Virus record (IMG/VR): IMGVR_UViG_3300045995_000065
Span: 1 to 64,000 of that record
Direction: 5' to 3' (one strand)
Length of the DNA: 64,000 nt
Source of the DNA: a virus
Shown here: in pieces, positions 38,442-48,582 of the stretch
Position numbering within the stretch: the stretch's first letter is position 1
Layout of the letters: every line of letters starts with the position of its first letter
Made by a program: the position numbers and the translations under genes
The notes under the pieces: generated by a model
Databases searched by the model: none
What the model saw: only the letters and a program-made list of their open reading frames with translations
What the model was told of the DNA's origin: nothing

Positions 38442-39005
38442 TTACTTGTAAAAGATGTGGTGGCCAATTTGTGTAAGCTTTGGCTTACCCCAACCTGGGT
38501 TGATGTAGTCTGCGTGATAGAACATTGCTTCAGTCAGACCAGGCAGTCTAAATTCTTCCAACAATACTTTCTTTGCTACGGCTTCGCTTTCGGCGTAATC
38601 CGCCGTGTGAATTGGTTTGACGCGAGACTTAGTGTCGCATACCCAGCTAAACTGGCATATAACCTTTTCGTAAATTTTGTTCTTTTGGTAAATGACGCCG
38701 CATACGCCGTTACCGAACTTTCCAGACGCTACTCTGTTCATAGTCACTTGCGCGACTGCTACTTTACCTTCGAAGGGTTCATGGCCTGCTTCGTTGTAAA
38801 TATTTTGCGAGAGGCAATCTAATTGCGCTTCACGCTCTGCTGCTGTTACTACTGCTGTACCCGAATTGATACCGCGTAGGCTGTCTAGTTTCAAATGTGT
38901 AACATGTGCCAAAATGTACATCACTAAAACGAATCCAAGCAATGCTAGTGCATTACGTGTGACCTTTGTCCAGTTGACCTGGATTGGGTTTTCCGTTGCT
39001 GTCAT
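38442..39005 (-). CDS. SleB-like cell wall hydrolase (Hydrolase_2) with N-terminal TM
   Basis: CLSQNIYNEAGHE, VAVAQVTMNRV, CQFSW, FYHADY.NP.W, IGHHIFY. Confidence 0.92.
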   Translation of the reverse strand: MTATENPIQVNWTKVTRNALALLGFVLVMYILAHVTHLKLDSLRGINSGTAVVTAAEREAQLDCLSQNIYNEAGHEPFEGKVAVAQVTMNRVASGKFGNGVCGVIYQKNKIYEKVICQFSWVCDTKSRVKPIHTADYAESEAVAKKVLLEEFRLPGLTEAMFYHADYINPGWGKPKLTQIGHHIFYK

Positions 39006-39163
39006 TGTATATCTCCTTTTCGTGTGTAAAACGCCCTGAAAATTTCGAGGCGTACTTTATATAGCAGTATGAATCCTAAGATAAACACTGCTATAAGCTT
39101 ATATAGTAGCATAAAACTACTAAATCGTGGAATGAAACGGCTAGATTTGCCGTTTTGTGTTGT

Positions 39164-39472
39164 TTATCCGCAAATAACGTCCGGACTTCCGCCCGCTAAC
39201 GCATCACCATCGCTGGTTGCGTCACCAATTCTGGCCAATGGTTGGCCATTTACGAACACGGTTGCAGAGCCTGCTGCTTGTGTGTTTAATCCGCTAGGTG
39301 GGTTGTCATCGTGGCCCGAATTGTCGACGTGAGTAGGCCAATGATCACCTACTCTAAGTGCAGGTGACCCATTGATGATGACATCTCCGCTACCTTCCAC
39401 TGCACCTGGGCGTGGTGGAAAACTTGCATGTCCTGTGCTAGGATCTACTCCTGCTCTTCCTGCTGCTGGCAT
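39164..39472 (-). CDS. PAAR spike-tip protein (gp5.4-like)
   Basis: MPAAGR, GS.DVIING.PALRVGD, GSATVFVNGQPLARIGD. Confidence 0.92.
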   Translation of the reverse strand: MPAAGRAGVDPSTGHASFPPRPGAVEGSGDVIINGSPALRVGDHWPTHVDNSGHDDNPPSGLNTQAAGSATVFVNGQPLARIGDATSDGDALAGGSPDVICG

Positions 39473-39966
39473 TAAAATATTCCTTTCGGTACTGCGGCTT
39501 GCAATGCGTCTTTGCCAGCCGTGTAATCGTTTGTCACTGTCTGCGAGATTGTTCCAGCAAACACATTGCTTTGTGCGCCAGCGCCACTCTCAGATGTTGC
39601 ATTGCCTGTTGTGTCGGCATAGACAAAATACTGTGCATTTACAGACGAAGATTGCGATGCAGTGTAGTTGGTAAGTAGGAAAAACTTTTCAGGTAAGTCC
39701 TCAAACTTAGAGACAGTCTGCGCAACACGGTCAACGTCTAAGTAAGTAATAGATTTTGGAAATACGCTTGAGTATGCTCCATTAATGCTTATGCTACTAC
39801 CGTTGATGGTAATGTTTGTACCTGTTGCATACTGCCCGCGAAAAACTCGCACAGATGTTACACTACCGTCAATCGATGCATTGGCAGTAACAGTCGCAGT
39901 AATGTTCACCCCTGAAACATATTCATTGAAGGGAATAGAATTGCCGCTAACTGTTAGTCCTGGCAT
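39472..39966 (-). CDS. Probable structural protein
   Basis: Ser/Thr beta-rich; coupled to PAAR. Confidence 0.6.
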   Translation of the reverse strand: MPGLTVSGNSIPFNEYVSGVNITATVTANASIDGSVTSVRVFRGQYATGTNITINGSSISINGAYSSVFPKSITYLDVDRVAQTVSKFEDLPEKFFLLTNYTASQSSSVNAQYFVYADTTGNATSESGAGAQSNVFAGTISQTVTNDYTAGKDALQAAVPKGIF

Positions 39967-40265
39967 TACGTCTTAATAAGTTGGATACCAGACGTGGTAG
40001 ACAAGTAATGCTTTACCATTTCTTCCACTGCTGGTGCTGCCATCATTACGTGCGCTTTAGCGACAGTGATGATGTGGTCGTCCTTTGCAGTAAAGAGCGC
40101 AGGCATTAAGCCCATACCCTTTGCGCTTGGCACGACTGTTTGCGGCTTCTTGACACGATAGTCAGACGCCGCATCCTCGATGATCTCTGTTACGATCTCA
40201 TCACCGTTTACCATTTTGAAGACGACGATGTCGCCCTTGTCGAATTTTGAATTGTTGATTAGCAT
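39966..40265 (-). CDS. Small Sm/SH3-like phage protein
   Basis: GDIVVFKMVNGDEIV..Y...TSGIQL. Confidence 0.65.
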   Translation of the reverse strand: MLINNSKFDKGDIVVFKMVNGDEIVTEIIEDAASDYRVKKPQTVVPSAKGMGLMPALFTAKDDHIITVAKAHVMMAAPAVEEMVKHYLSTTSGIQLIKT

Positions 40266-40274
40266 TTTGTTTCC

Positions 40275-40925
40275 TTATAACATTCTTGGATTAAGTTCTC
40301 GCATTCTACGAGTATTGAAAAATGAGCGTGTTTCAGCATATGATGCAGACTCAGAAATAACATATTGCCACTGTTGAAAATTAATATTGTCATCTTGGAA
40401 GTACTGAAGTAGCTCTTCCTCGGAAGTAATTTCAATGAATGATTGCCCAGGCTCTTTATTATTGTACACTGAAATTTTGTGGCCCTGAGCCAATAATCGT
40501 TGCCATATTTTGATGCCATCGTCACTAAGTTGCCTGTCACTCATCAACCGAATAGAATTTACTGACCCTGCAATATTTTTCCTGTCAGCCAATACTGCAT
40601 CGTACAAATCAGTGGCAAACGGTGGCCGACCTTTATTAAATTTACCTACGGCATTCACTATTAATGCTTGCGGCCCTTTAGTAAATTCGATAGCTAACAG
40701 TATATTGCCATTTTTTTCATACCAATAGTATACAGTTTGAACACCTTCTATCTTCATCAGCCCATTACCTAAATTTACAGGAACAGACCCGTGCTTAATT
40801 CGATCTTTTATCCCGTATGCGACAGTATCAGCCAATTCAAAAGATCCGATTCCCTCGGGCATTTCAGTTAGCCAAGTGGACTCAAAATCAGCTCTACTGT
40901 TTCTAACGACCTCAGTGATTTTCAT
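40275..40925 (-). CDS. Putative head-internal protein, GNAT-like
   Basis: MKITEVV..WLTEMP; LMSDRQLSDDGIKIWQRL. Confidence 0.55.
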   Translation of the reverse strand: MKITEVVRNSRADFESTWLTEMPEGIGSFELADTVAYGIKDRIKHGSVPVNLGNGLMKIEGVQTVYYWYEKNGNILLAIEFTKGPQALIVNAVGKFNKGRPPFATDLYDAVLADRKNIAGSVNSIRLMSDRQLSDDGIKIWQRLLAQGHKISVYNNKEPGQSFIEITSEEELLQYFQDDNINFQQWQYVISESASYAETRSFFNTRRMRELNPRML

Positions 40926-41164
40926 TAGTCTGCCATTAGTTCGGCTTCGTTGAGAGAGCGTAGACCTTGAAATCCGCCCTTAACAAATAGCTTGCCGTCC
41001 TTGTAAATTTGCGGCACAGTACGATGCCCTTCGCTCACGATAAACTCACGTGCTGATTGATCTTCGTCAATGCGAACTTCCGTGAATGGAATGTCTTTGC
41101 TCTTTAGTAGAGCTTTAGCTTGGTCGCAGTATGTGCATTGTGCTTTAGAGTAAATTGTCAACAT
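40925..41164 (-). CDS. Glutaredoxin
   Basis: CTYC, RTVPQI, GG. Confidence 0.93.
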   Translation of the reverse strand: MLTIYSKAQCTYCDQAKALLKSKDIPFTEVRIDEDQSAREFIVSEGHRTVPQIYKDGKLFVKGGFQGLRSLNEAELMAD

Positions 41165-41175
41165 TGTTTTTCCTT

Positions 41176-42276
41176 TTATAAATCTGGCAGCTCGTCGTAA
41201 TTGAGATCGGAACTCATCACGCCAAGCACGTAATTGGTGCTTTCGCTTTCTTGTAGCGCAGTTTGCTTCTTGTCAATTTGCGTATGCTTAGTAAACCATG
41301 GAATTGGTGTATTACGCGGTGCAGGTGCACGGTACTTAATGCCGATGATCTTCAATGCATCAGCCGCAGTGTAGTCAACGAAGTCCTTGAGAATGCCGGC
41401 ATTAAGACCAATGACAGGGCCCTTCTTGAAGAGGTAATCTGCCCATAGTTTTTCTTCGCGGATGACATCAGCGTACATCGCGTAAACTTCTTCTTCACAT
41501 TCGGCCTTAATAGCTGCGAACCTTGGATCTTCCTTGATAACAGTGTTAAGCAAGTACGCAGTCCAATCCTTATGATTCAATTCGTCTTGAAGAATAAGGG
41601 AGATAACGTTTCCGTTACCTATGAAGATCTTATTCTCAACCATTGCCAACGATGTGGCAAAGGAAACCATGAAGCGAAACGCTTCAAGGCCATAACTTGC
41701 GTGTAGTGCTAACCAAATCGCTTTGATGTGTTCAGTCTCACTGACCGGCAACCCGCATTCCTTTTTGCAGTTAAGCAGGTGCAGGTCGTCGTAATACTTA
41801 CCAATAGTCGATGCCATGTCGATAATTTCTTGCGTGTCATGGATAGTATTAAACACATCCTTCGGCACCGAATAGATGTTTCGAATAATATGACTATATG
41901 ACTTGCTATGAATGTTTGATTCAAAGAAGCCCCAGTTAAAGCATAGGACTTCCAGTTCAGGCAACGAGACAACTGGAGTAAAAACTTGTGCAGGGCCACG
42001 GCCCTGGATACTATCTAACGCTGTTTGGCGTAGTAGGTTACTTGTAAAGATGTGCTTGATGGATTCAGATGCTTCCTTAAAGTCATTAGCATCTTTAGTG
42101 AGACTAATTTCTTCTGGTTGCCAAAAGAAGCCACGAGCAGTTTCTTCATATTGCGCAATGCGAGGATATTTTACTTCCTCGAATCGCTGCACAGTAACAG
42201 GCCCTGCCGGGTCAAGAAACATCTTGCGCGACAGGTAATTTGTTTTGGTTTGTAAATTATACGATTGAATTGACAT
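41176..42276 (-). CDS. nrdB: Ribonucleotide reductase class Ia beta subunit
   Basis: FFWQPEE, LDSIQGR, ESNIHSKSY, EAFRF, DELNH, QESE. Confidence 0.96.
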   Translation of the reverse strand: MSIQSYNLQTKTNYLSRKMFLDPAGPVTVQRFEEVKYPRIAQYEETARGFFWQPEEISLTKDANDFKEASESIKHIFTSNLLRQTALDSIQGRGPAQVFTPVVSLPELEVLCFNWGFFESNIHSKSYSHIIRNIYSVPKDVFNTIHDTQEIIDMASTIGKYYDDLHLLNCKKECGLPVSETEHIKAIWLALHASYGLEAFRFMVSFATSLAMVENKIFIGNGNVISLILQDELNHKDWTAYLLNTVIKEDPRFAAIKAECEEEVYAMYADVIREEKLWADYLFKKGPVIGLNAGILKDFVDYTAADALKIIGIKYRAPAPRNTPIPWFTKHTQIDKKQTALQESESTNYVLGVMSSDLNYDELPDL

Positions 42277-42288
42277 AAATGATTATAC

Positions 42289-44619
42289 TTAAAGTTTGCA
42301 AGCTTCGCAATCTTCTTGATCGTCGAAGTCGATAGGTTCCAGCGCCGCTGGTGCATGTTCTGTATCTTCGCCCTTTGCACCTTTCTTGTTGATCAAGCTG
42401 TAGTAGAATGTCTTAATACCCCACTTGTGCGCTTGCATCAAGTTCTTTGCAATCAATGTAGTTGGTACTTTACGGTTTGGGAAGTGAGCTGGATTGTAGA
42501 ACGTATTTGTCGAAATACTTTGATCCATGTATGCAGCAATAACGGCTGCGGTCTTCAAGTAACCAGTGCAATCCTTTTGGTCCCACATCAATTGATAGTT
42601 CTTGCGTACTTTCAAATTTTGATATTCAGGCACAACTTGCGTAAACGATCCTGCTTTGCTTTCCTTAACGGTAATCAGCGACATAGGCATTTCAATACCG
42701 TTTGTACTGTTGATTGCCACAGAGGAAGATTCAACTGGTGCTACTGCACCGTTAGTCGCATTGCGTACACCGTATTCCTTCATATTGCCACGTAGCGGTT
42801 CCCAATCAAGTTCAGGCGTGAAGTCTGTCAACTCGTTTGCACCCTCTGCACGTAGTTCCCAAGGGAATGTGCCTTGTCCGTAACGTGTTAAATGCGAGTG
42901 TTTGCAAGCACCGCGTTCCTTAGCAAGCTCAACGCTCATCTCAGTGAGATAAAACATCTGGTGCTCTGTCCAGCTCTTAACTTCTGCAAGTGCATCCTTC
43001 TCACCGTACTTAAGACCACGCTTGGCGTGCCAGTATGCAAGGTTAGTAATACCAATGCCAAGCGGACGGATTTCGTCGTTGCTCAACTTGGATTGAATGC
43101 TTAGAAAATCCTGATAGTCAAGAATGTTATTAAGAGAGCGATGCAGAATACGGCAAGCCCTTCGCATATCTTCCGGATTCCTAAAGGCGCCCCAGTTGAG
43201 GCTGCCAAGAGTACAGAGCGCGATACGTCCCTCTTCGTCGTCAAGTCGCTTGAATGATTTAGTCGGTAATAAGATTTCACAGCACAAGTTACTCTGGTAG
43301 ATTGTGTGTATCTCGGGATTGAATGGACCTTGATCCATTACGTTATCTACGTACACAAGATAGATACGCCCAGTATCTGTACGCTCCTTCAGGATGCCGC
43401 CTTGGAATACTTCTTCAGCTGACATTGTCTTCTTGCGAAGTCCTGCCTGCTTTTCGTATTTAACATACAGCTCTTCAAATAAAGCTGTGTTAGAATAAAA
43501 TGCTTGATAGAGATCAGGCACTTCATTAGGGTCAAAGAACGTTATGTTCTTTTTGTCTTTGAATCGTTTCCAGAAGAAGGCGTTGAGCACGACGCCGTAG
43601 TCCATTTGTCGGACACGAGTTTCTTCTGTGCCTTGATTGTTCTTAATAACGATAAGGTCATCAAACTGGTGATGCCAAATAGGATAGAAAATTGTAGCAG
43701 ATGCATTGCGGATACCTCCTTGTGAGCATGAACGTAAGTCCCTGTACCACTTGTGCAGGAACGGAAGCATACCAGTGTGCATGATCTCGCCGCCACGAAT
43801 AGGAGAACCCAATGGGCGCAGACGACCAATCTCAAGACCAATGCCAGCACGTTTGCTGGCATACTTTGCCATCATTTCACCCGATGCAAATATACTATCA
43901 AGATCATCGTCAGAGCGTATAAGAACACAAGAGCTAAACTGCTTGGTAGGAGTCCCCAGGCCAGCAAGTACAGGAGTAGCAAGGGTAAACAATCCGTCAG
44001 AAGCTGCATTATAGTATTCTTTAATATAACGTAGTCTTGCTGTGTTGGGCTCTTCTTTATGAAATACAGTAGCGGCCGCAACCATATAGCGAACTTGTGG
44101 TGTCTCATAGATTTCCTTTGTGGCACGATTGCGAACAAGATATTTCTCAATTAGCTGTTCAATAGCAGCATAGCCATACAGCTCGTCTTTGGAGTGGTCG
44201 ATGAACGTGTCCATCTTGTTCCAGTCCTCTTCAGTGTACCAGTCTAGTAGTTCACTTGTGTACAGACCTGTTGCTACATTCTTCTTAACAATGCTGTACA
44301 ACGATGGCGGAACAAACGTACCATATACGTCTTTACGCAACATAGACAAACGTTGCTTGCCTGCTGCATACTGATAGTTAGAATGACCAATACCAGGATT
44401 ACTCTCTGTATCAATCAAGTCCACTAATGCACGTAATGTTAAGTTGTCTACCTCTCTGGTAGTCATGCCGTCATAAAAATGAGGCGATGCTTTAATCTCA
44501 ATCATAGACTGACTGATGTCAGCTACTCCCCTACAAACCTTCTCCACTTGTGCTTGCCATTTAACAATGTCGAGCAATTCTTTCTTCCCACTTCTCTTAA
44601 CGAGCTGTATTTGACTCAT
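42289..44619 (-). CDS. nrdA: Ribonucleotide reductase class Ia alpha subunit
   Basis: ATP cone, ETPQ, QFSSC, SNLCCE, ALCTL, C-terminal CEACKL. Confidence 0.97.
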   Translation of the reverse strand: MSQIQLVKRSGKKELLDIVKWQAQVEKVCRGVADISQSMIEIKASPHFYDGMTTREVDNLTLRALVDLIDTESNPGIGHSNYQYAAGKQRLSMLRKDVYGTFVPPSLYSIVKKNVATGLYTSELLDWYTEEDWNKMDTFIDHSKDELYGYAAIEQLIEKYLVRNRATKEIYETPQVRYMVAAATVFHKEEPNTARLRYIKEYYNAASDGLFTLATPVLAGLGTPTKQFSSCVLIRSDDDLDSIFASGEMMAKYASKRAGIGLEIGRLRPLGSPIRGGEIMHTGMLPFLHKWYRDLRSCSQGGIRNASATIFYPIWHHQFDDLIVIKNNQGTEETRVRQMDYGVVLNAFFWKRFKDKKNITFFDPNEVPDLYQAFYSNTALFEELYVKYEKQAGLRKKTMSAEEVFQGGILKERTDTGRIYLVYVDNVMDQGPFNPEIHTIYQSNLCCEILLPTKSFKRLDDEEGRIALCTLGSLNWGAFRNPEDMRRACRILHRSLNNILDYQDFLSIQSKLSNDEIRPLGIGITNLAYWHAKRGLKYGEKDALAEVKSWTEHQMFYLTEMSVELAKERGACKHSHLTRYGQGTFPWELRAEGANELTDFTPELDWEPLRGNMKEYGVRNATNGAVAPVESSSVAINSTNGIEMPMSLITVKESKAGSFTQVVPEYQNLKVRKNYQLMWDQKDCTGYLKTAAVIAAYMDQSISTNTFYNPAHFPNRKVPTTLIAKNLMQAHKWGIKTFYYSLINKKGAKGEDTEHAPAALEPIDFDDQEDCEACKL

Positions 44620-44651
44620 CCTGACCTCTATGTAAAAATTCTTGTTGTATG

Positions 44652-45095
44652 TTAATAGTTATCTAACTTTAGATCTGCTTCTTGGAAACTTTGCTTCAGT
44701 TTCCAATCTTTGTCGATTAGTGTTTTATTTACGACCTCATCATCCTCTAAATTAAGCACATATTTCCCGTCGGCGATCCAGACTAAATTGTAGTCGTAAT
44801 TTGTGGTTGGGTCGTGATAGATTCGAAATTCGACAAGGGGATTATGCTTGGTATACTTAATAGTATACAGCATTCCTAATGCTTTTGCAACATCGCAATA
44901 CCAATTTTCAGTCAAAAGAGTCCATGGATCGGGCCAGGACTTTGGGTCGGCGGCATCTAAATAGTATGGAGAAAATGGGCAGTGAGTCCAAAGCTCGTTG
45001 GTAGCTTTGACTGCTTCATCTAAGGTTAATGTATCCAACTGTTTTCGAAAGGCACGCCAACGAACAAGACGCTCGTCAGCAGGTAATTTAAACAT
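44652..45095 (-). CDS. Hypothetical protein, possible transglutaminase-like fold
   Basis: WPDPWTLL..YCDVAKALGMLYT. Confidence 0.55.
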   Translation of the reverse strand: MFKLPADERLVRWRAFRKQLDTLTLDEAVKATNELWTHCPFSPYYLDAADPKSWPDPWTLLTENWYCDVAKALGMLYTIKYTKHNPLVEFRIYHDPTTNYDYNLVWIADGKYVLNLEDDEVVNKTLIDKDWKLKQSFQEADLKLDNY

Positions 45096-45105
45096 AGTTT
45101 AAAAA

Positions 45106-46665
45106 TTAAATGTGGTTGATACTGAAACTAAGCACACCAGTTACTGGTGTATTGCATGTTACTATGCCGCTATTTACTGATATAGCAAAGGTGTCAAACA
45201 CGGCATCAGACGCAAATGTATCTTGGTATGATTCAGGAGTAAACACCACTGTACCAGTCCTGTAATTCGTACCATCAGTTACTTGATATGTCATTGCACC
45301 CGCTGTAATATTGTCAGCAGTAAACGTTGACAAACCTATAGGTAAGGTGTAGTAATCACCCATCCCGTATACTGCCTGTCCCAATCGAATCCCTGAATTT
45401 GACTCAATTTGGATATTACGCACTCTACTGAACGATACTTGCAAAATTGTGCCAGCCGCTCTGTCAAAAGAATCATTGATGCTGTAATTACCAGTACCAC
45501 GGAATGTTATAAAAGGAACAACTGGTGACAGTGGTCCGTTTAAATTATTGCCACAGTTGTAAAAACTGTTTCCACTGCTAATGATACCAGAAACTCCAGC
45601 ATAACAATCAATAGCAACGTTACCAATTCTCCTAAATACAGAATTGGTAATCCTGAAATTAGTCGGCTTATTAGGATTACTTGTTTGTCCCAATCTGAAC
45701 GCAGACCACATATTCTCAAATAAGCAGTTATTAAACCGCACGTTTTTAGCATCAACGGCTGCAATAACGGCATACTTTAATTGCTTAAACTTACACGATT
45801 CAAAAGTGATGTTGTCAGGTGACACTTTAGACGAAGCAAAAGTAACTGCGCCGTTAGCCTCGGTTGGGAGTGGTGAATCAACAATGGACCCAATAAATTG
45901 CACTGCGGTAAAATGTAAATTGATGGCATTATCAATATACACTATATCTTTATTGCTACTGTGTGCCAATGAAAGCTGCTCGATACTAACATCAGTTGGC
46001 ATTACTGCCCACGGAGTAGTTCCAATATTAGTTTGATCATATACAAAGGCAGTGTCACTGAATCGAATCACACAATCAGTGTTACCTGGTACCATTGGGT
46101 TGTAAACGCTATTACCAATAATATGTGTGTTGTCAATTCCATCACCTACAATACGGCACCATGGTGGGATAACCAATACACCATATGTATGCTCGGTACT
46201 TGGTGCGACACGATATGTTCCAGCTGGAAAATATATTGTCCTACGTGCACGACTGTTATTTACTACTTCTGACGACTTATAAATTTCAGTCAACGCACGA
46301 TAGATAGCATCAATATCGTTTGTCACTCCGTCACCTACTGCACCAAAATCACGTACCGACACAAAATCATCAAACTTGTTCTGTAATGTACGAACAGTGG
46401 GTGCCGAAATCGTCGGCCCAGTCTGAGAAATAAATCCGCCCTCATGACCCTTAAACGTGTACCATTTAATAACATCAACTAAGTCAGTGTGTTGAGTTAA
46501 AATTTCAGTGACGCCTTGAATAGGTGCACCCTCGCCCAATAAACCGTTACCGATAAACAACCTGCGTTGGTCAATGCTCCAGCCTAACTCAGCTGATGCA
46601 AGTTGTGGTAAGTCTTGTTGTAAGCCTCTGCGCTGTTGAATGCGGCTAATTTGTAATACGGCCAT
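45106..46665 (-). CDS. Tail fibre/spike with pectate-lyase-like beta-helix
   Basis: N-terminal RIQQRRG..ELGW..LFIGNG; SVRDFGAVGDGVTND; IYFPAGTY. Confidence 0.85.
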   Translation of the reverse strand: MAVLQISRIQQRRGLQQDLPQLASAELGWSIDQRRLFIGNGLLGEGAPIQGVTEILTQHTDLVDVIKWYTFKGHEGGFISQTGPTISAPTVRTLQNKFDDFVSVRDFGAVGDGVTNDIDAIYRALTEIYKSSEVVNNSRARRTIYFPAGTYRVAPSTEHTYGVLVIPPWCRIVGDGIDNTHIIGNSVYNPMVPGNTDCVIRFSDTAFVYDQTNIGTTPWAVMPTDVSIEQLSLAHSSNKDIVYIDNAINLHFTAVQFIGSIVDSPLPTEANGAVTFASSKVSPDNITFESCKFKQLKYAVIAAVDAKNVRFNNCLFENMWSAFRLGQTSNPNKPTNFRITNSVFRRIGNVAIDCYAGVSGIISSGNSFYNCGNNLNGPLSPVVPFITFRGTGNYSINDSFDRAAGTILQVSFSRVRNIQIESNSGIRLGQAVYGMGDYYTLPIGLSTFTADNITAGAMTYQVTDGTNYRTGTVVFTPESYQDTFASDAVFDTFAISVNSGIVTCNTPVTGVLSFSINHI

Positions 46666-46690
46666 GTCTAAAATCCTGTGTATCAGGTAT

Positions 46691-47371
46691 TTAGCTTAGT
46701 TTGTAATACTGTTCTACTCGTTTCAGCCATTCCTCAGTCCAATGATCAAACTCTGCACCCTCGATTACGAACTCTAAGTACTCGTAATCCTTAGTGCACA
46801 TCAAAATAACACCAGTTTTGATGTCTGTTCCGTGCATCTCGTTATGTGCTAGGGCGTATGCCGCAAGCTGTACGAAGTAGTCGTCAATCCATTCCTTCTT
46901 CTTGACCTTGTTAGACTGCTTAAAATCCATGATAGCTGGCTTGCCCTTCCAAGCGCCTACTAAGTCAGTTGTGCCTGCATACAGTCCAGAGAAGTAAAGC
47001 GGGACTTCTGTACCCCAGAACTCAGTGCAGTGCACCAGGCCATTCTCAATGATTTTAGCTGCCATGTCCCAGCTTTGCTTGGAATAGGGATTAGTACCTG
47101 GTAGCTTAACCGTCTCACAAAGCACATAATCTTCAAGCCATTTGTGCATTCTAGTGCCACGACCAGCTGCTTCTGTGGTGATTTCTTGCGCTTTTTGTGC
47201 CCCTACATTTTTCCGCCAGTTAGCTAGTGCGGCACGTGATTCTTCAGATTTAGTTTTGTCTAGGATGGTTGTAACAGATGGAACTTTTGAACCGTCTGGT
47301 AATACGTAGTGCCGTTTACCTTCGATTGTTTCTCTGTCACATGGGGTGTAGTTGAATTTTTTGATGAGCAT
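46691..47371 (-). CDS. PD-(D/E)XK exonuclease (Cas4/RecB-like)
   Basis: PSVTTIL, RGTRMH, AGTTD, DFK, QLAAY; TATACT 5 nt before ATG. Confidence 0.88.
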   Translation of the reverse strand: MLIKKFNYTPCDRETIEGKRHYVLPDGSKVPSVTTILDKTKSEESRAALANWRKNVGAQKAQEITTEAAGRGTRMHKWLEDYVLCETVKLPGTNPYSKQSWDMAAKIIENGLVHCTEFWGTEVPLYFSGLYAGTTDLVGAWKGKPAIMDFKQSNKVKKKEWIDDYFVQLAAYALAHNEMHGTDIKTGVILMCTKDYEYLEFVIEGAEFDHWTEEWLKRVEQYYKLS

Positions 47372-47394
47372 AGATTAGTATAGCACAGTCGTAG

Positions 47395-47428
47395 AAAAAT
47401 CGCAATAGCTTGCACCATTGCGATTCTT
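47395..47428 (-). terminator. Terminator hairpin overlapping the -35 of the exonuclease promoter
   Basis: AATCGCAAT..ATTGCGATT-TTT. Confidence 0.6.
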
Positions 47429-47438
47429 CATTTATTGT

Positions 47439-47882
47439 TTAACCGCCAGCAGCTCTTGATGCCATTTGGTCAACTGTATTTTGGCTCTTAACTGCATCAG
47501 CGTCTGCACCAGGTGCTCCGCCCATGCTGTCAACTGAATCATCATCAGTAGTCAAATATACATACTTAACGCCGTTCTCGTCGTCCTTGATATCAGCGAT
47601 AAGGTTCTTGATCGTTTCGTTGCTCTTGCGGGAATCTTCTAATGCCGCAGCATTGAACATTTCACCACCAGGTAAACGCTTGACTAGATTAACTAATGCG
47701 TCTGCACGTACACGTGGAACGGAATGTCCCTTAGCACGATTGCGCAACTCTTCTAGTGCTGTAGCCAAAACCATGTCACCACGAGTTTCGGCTTCGTCCT
47801 CAATCATGTCGTCCATACCGTCGCCACCCATTTCGGACCGACCGTCGAACTCATCTTCTTTGATAATTTCGGACCAACGCAT
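47439..47882 (-). CDS. Putative head-internal protein
   Basis: MRWSEIIKE N-terminus. Confidence 0.6.
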   Translation of the reverse strand: MRWSEIIKEDEFDGRSEMGGDGMDDMIEDEAETRGDMVLATALEELRNRAKGHSVPRVRADALVNLVKRLPGGEMFNAAALEDSRKSNETIKNLIADIKDDENGVKYVYLTTDDDSVDSMGGAPGADADAVKSQNTVDQMASRAAGG

Positions 47883-47883
47883 G

Positions 47884-48582
47884 TTAGCGCATCTCGCGGC
47901 CAAGTTCAGCAGTACCGCCGCCAGCAGCGTCAGTAGCACCAAGGTCGTCGCCCATATCTAAGTCGGACGATACATCACCGCCCATACCAGGACCTAGGTC
48001 AGGAGCAGCGCCCATACCACCTTCCATGCCGCCCATGTCCATTGGCTGGTCAACTTGCTCGCCAGCTAAACCACGTGCTGCGCTGTCTGCTGTTTCGCGA
48101 CCAGCACCAAGAGTTTGTGTCAACTCTTGTAGCAATGGGGAAACTGCGCTCTTGTAGCTTTCAGCTTGCTCTGTGCTTAGTTGGTCACGGATTGTGTCTA
48201 ACAAAGCTGGTAGCTGTTCGTTTTGCATCTTGGATACTTTTTCCAACATGTCTTGAATGGAGTCAACCATGTCTTTAGCTGCAAGGATAGCTTGCGACTT
48301 AGCCATTTCGGACTCAGCAATGAATTGCTCTTTGTTATCACGCATCCAGCTGTGTAACGATTCACGAACCATGAACATTTCCATGTACTTAGGGTTTTGT
48401 TCAACGCTATGTGCGCCGTGTGTACGCTTAACACGATCAAGACTTTCGCTAATAGCGCGAGCCATTGTGTAAGCCTTCTTCAAAGTAAGATTATTGTAAT
48501 CTACTGCAAAACCAAAACGGCTTTCCATTACTTTGTTCATTTGCTTGGAGGTAGGCTTTGCGCCCATTTCAGATAATCTCAT
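47884..48582 (-). CDS. Putative prohead core/scaffold-like protein
   Basis: MRLSEM; FIAE-SE..AQAILAAKDMVD helical core; late promoter at about 48610. Confidence 0.55.
   Translation of the reverse strand: MRLSEMGAKPTSKQMNKVMESRFGFAVDYNNLTLKKAYTMARAISESLDRVKRTHGAHSVEQNPKYMEMFMVRESLHSWMRDNKEQFIAESEMAKSQAILAAKDMVDSIQDMLEKVSKMQNEQLPALLDTIRDQLSTEQAESYKSAVSPLLQELTQTLGAGRETADSAARGLAGEQVDQPMDMGGMEGGMGAAPDLGPGMGGDVSSDLDMGDDLGATDAAGGGTAELGREMR

Noticed and set aside
46691-47371. Cas4-like nuclease as evidence for a CRISPR-Cas system
   Set aside because: It lacks the Fe-S Cys cluster and cas neighbours; stand-alone PD-(D/E)XK exonucleases are common in phages.
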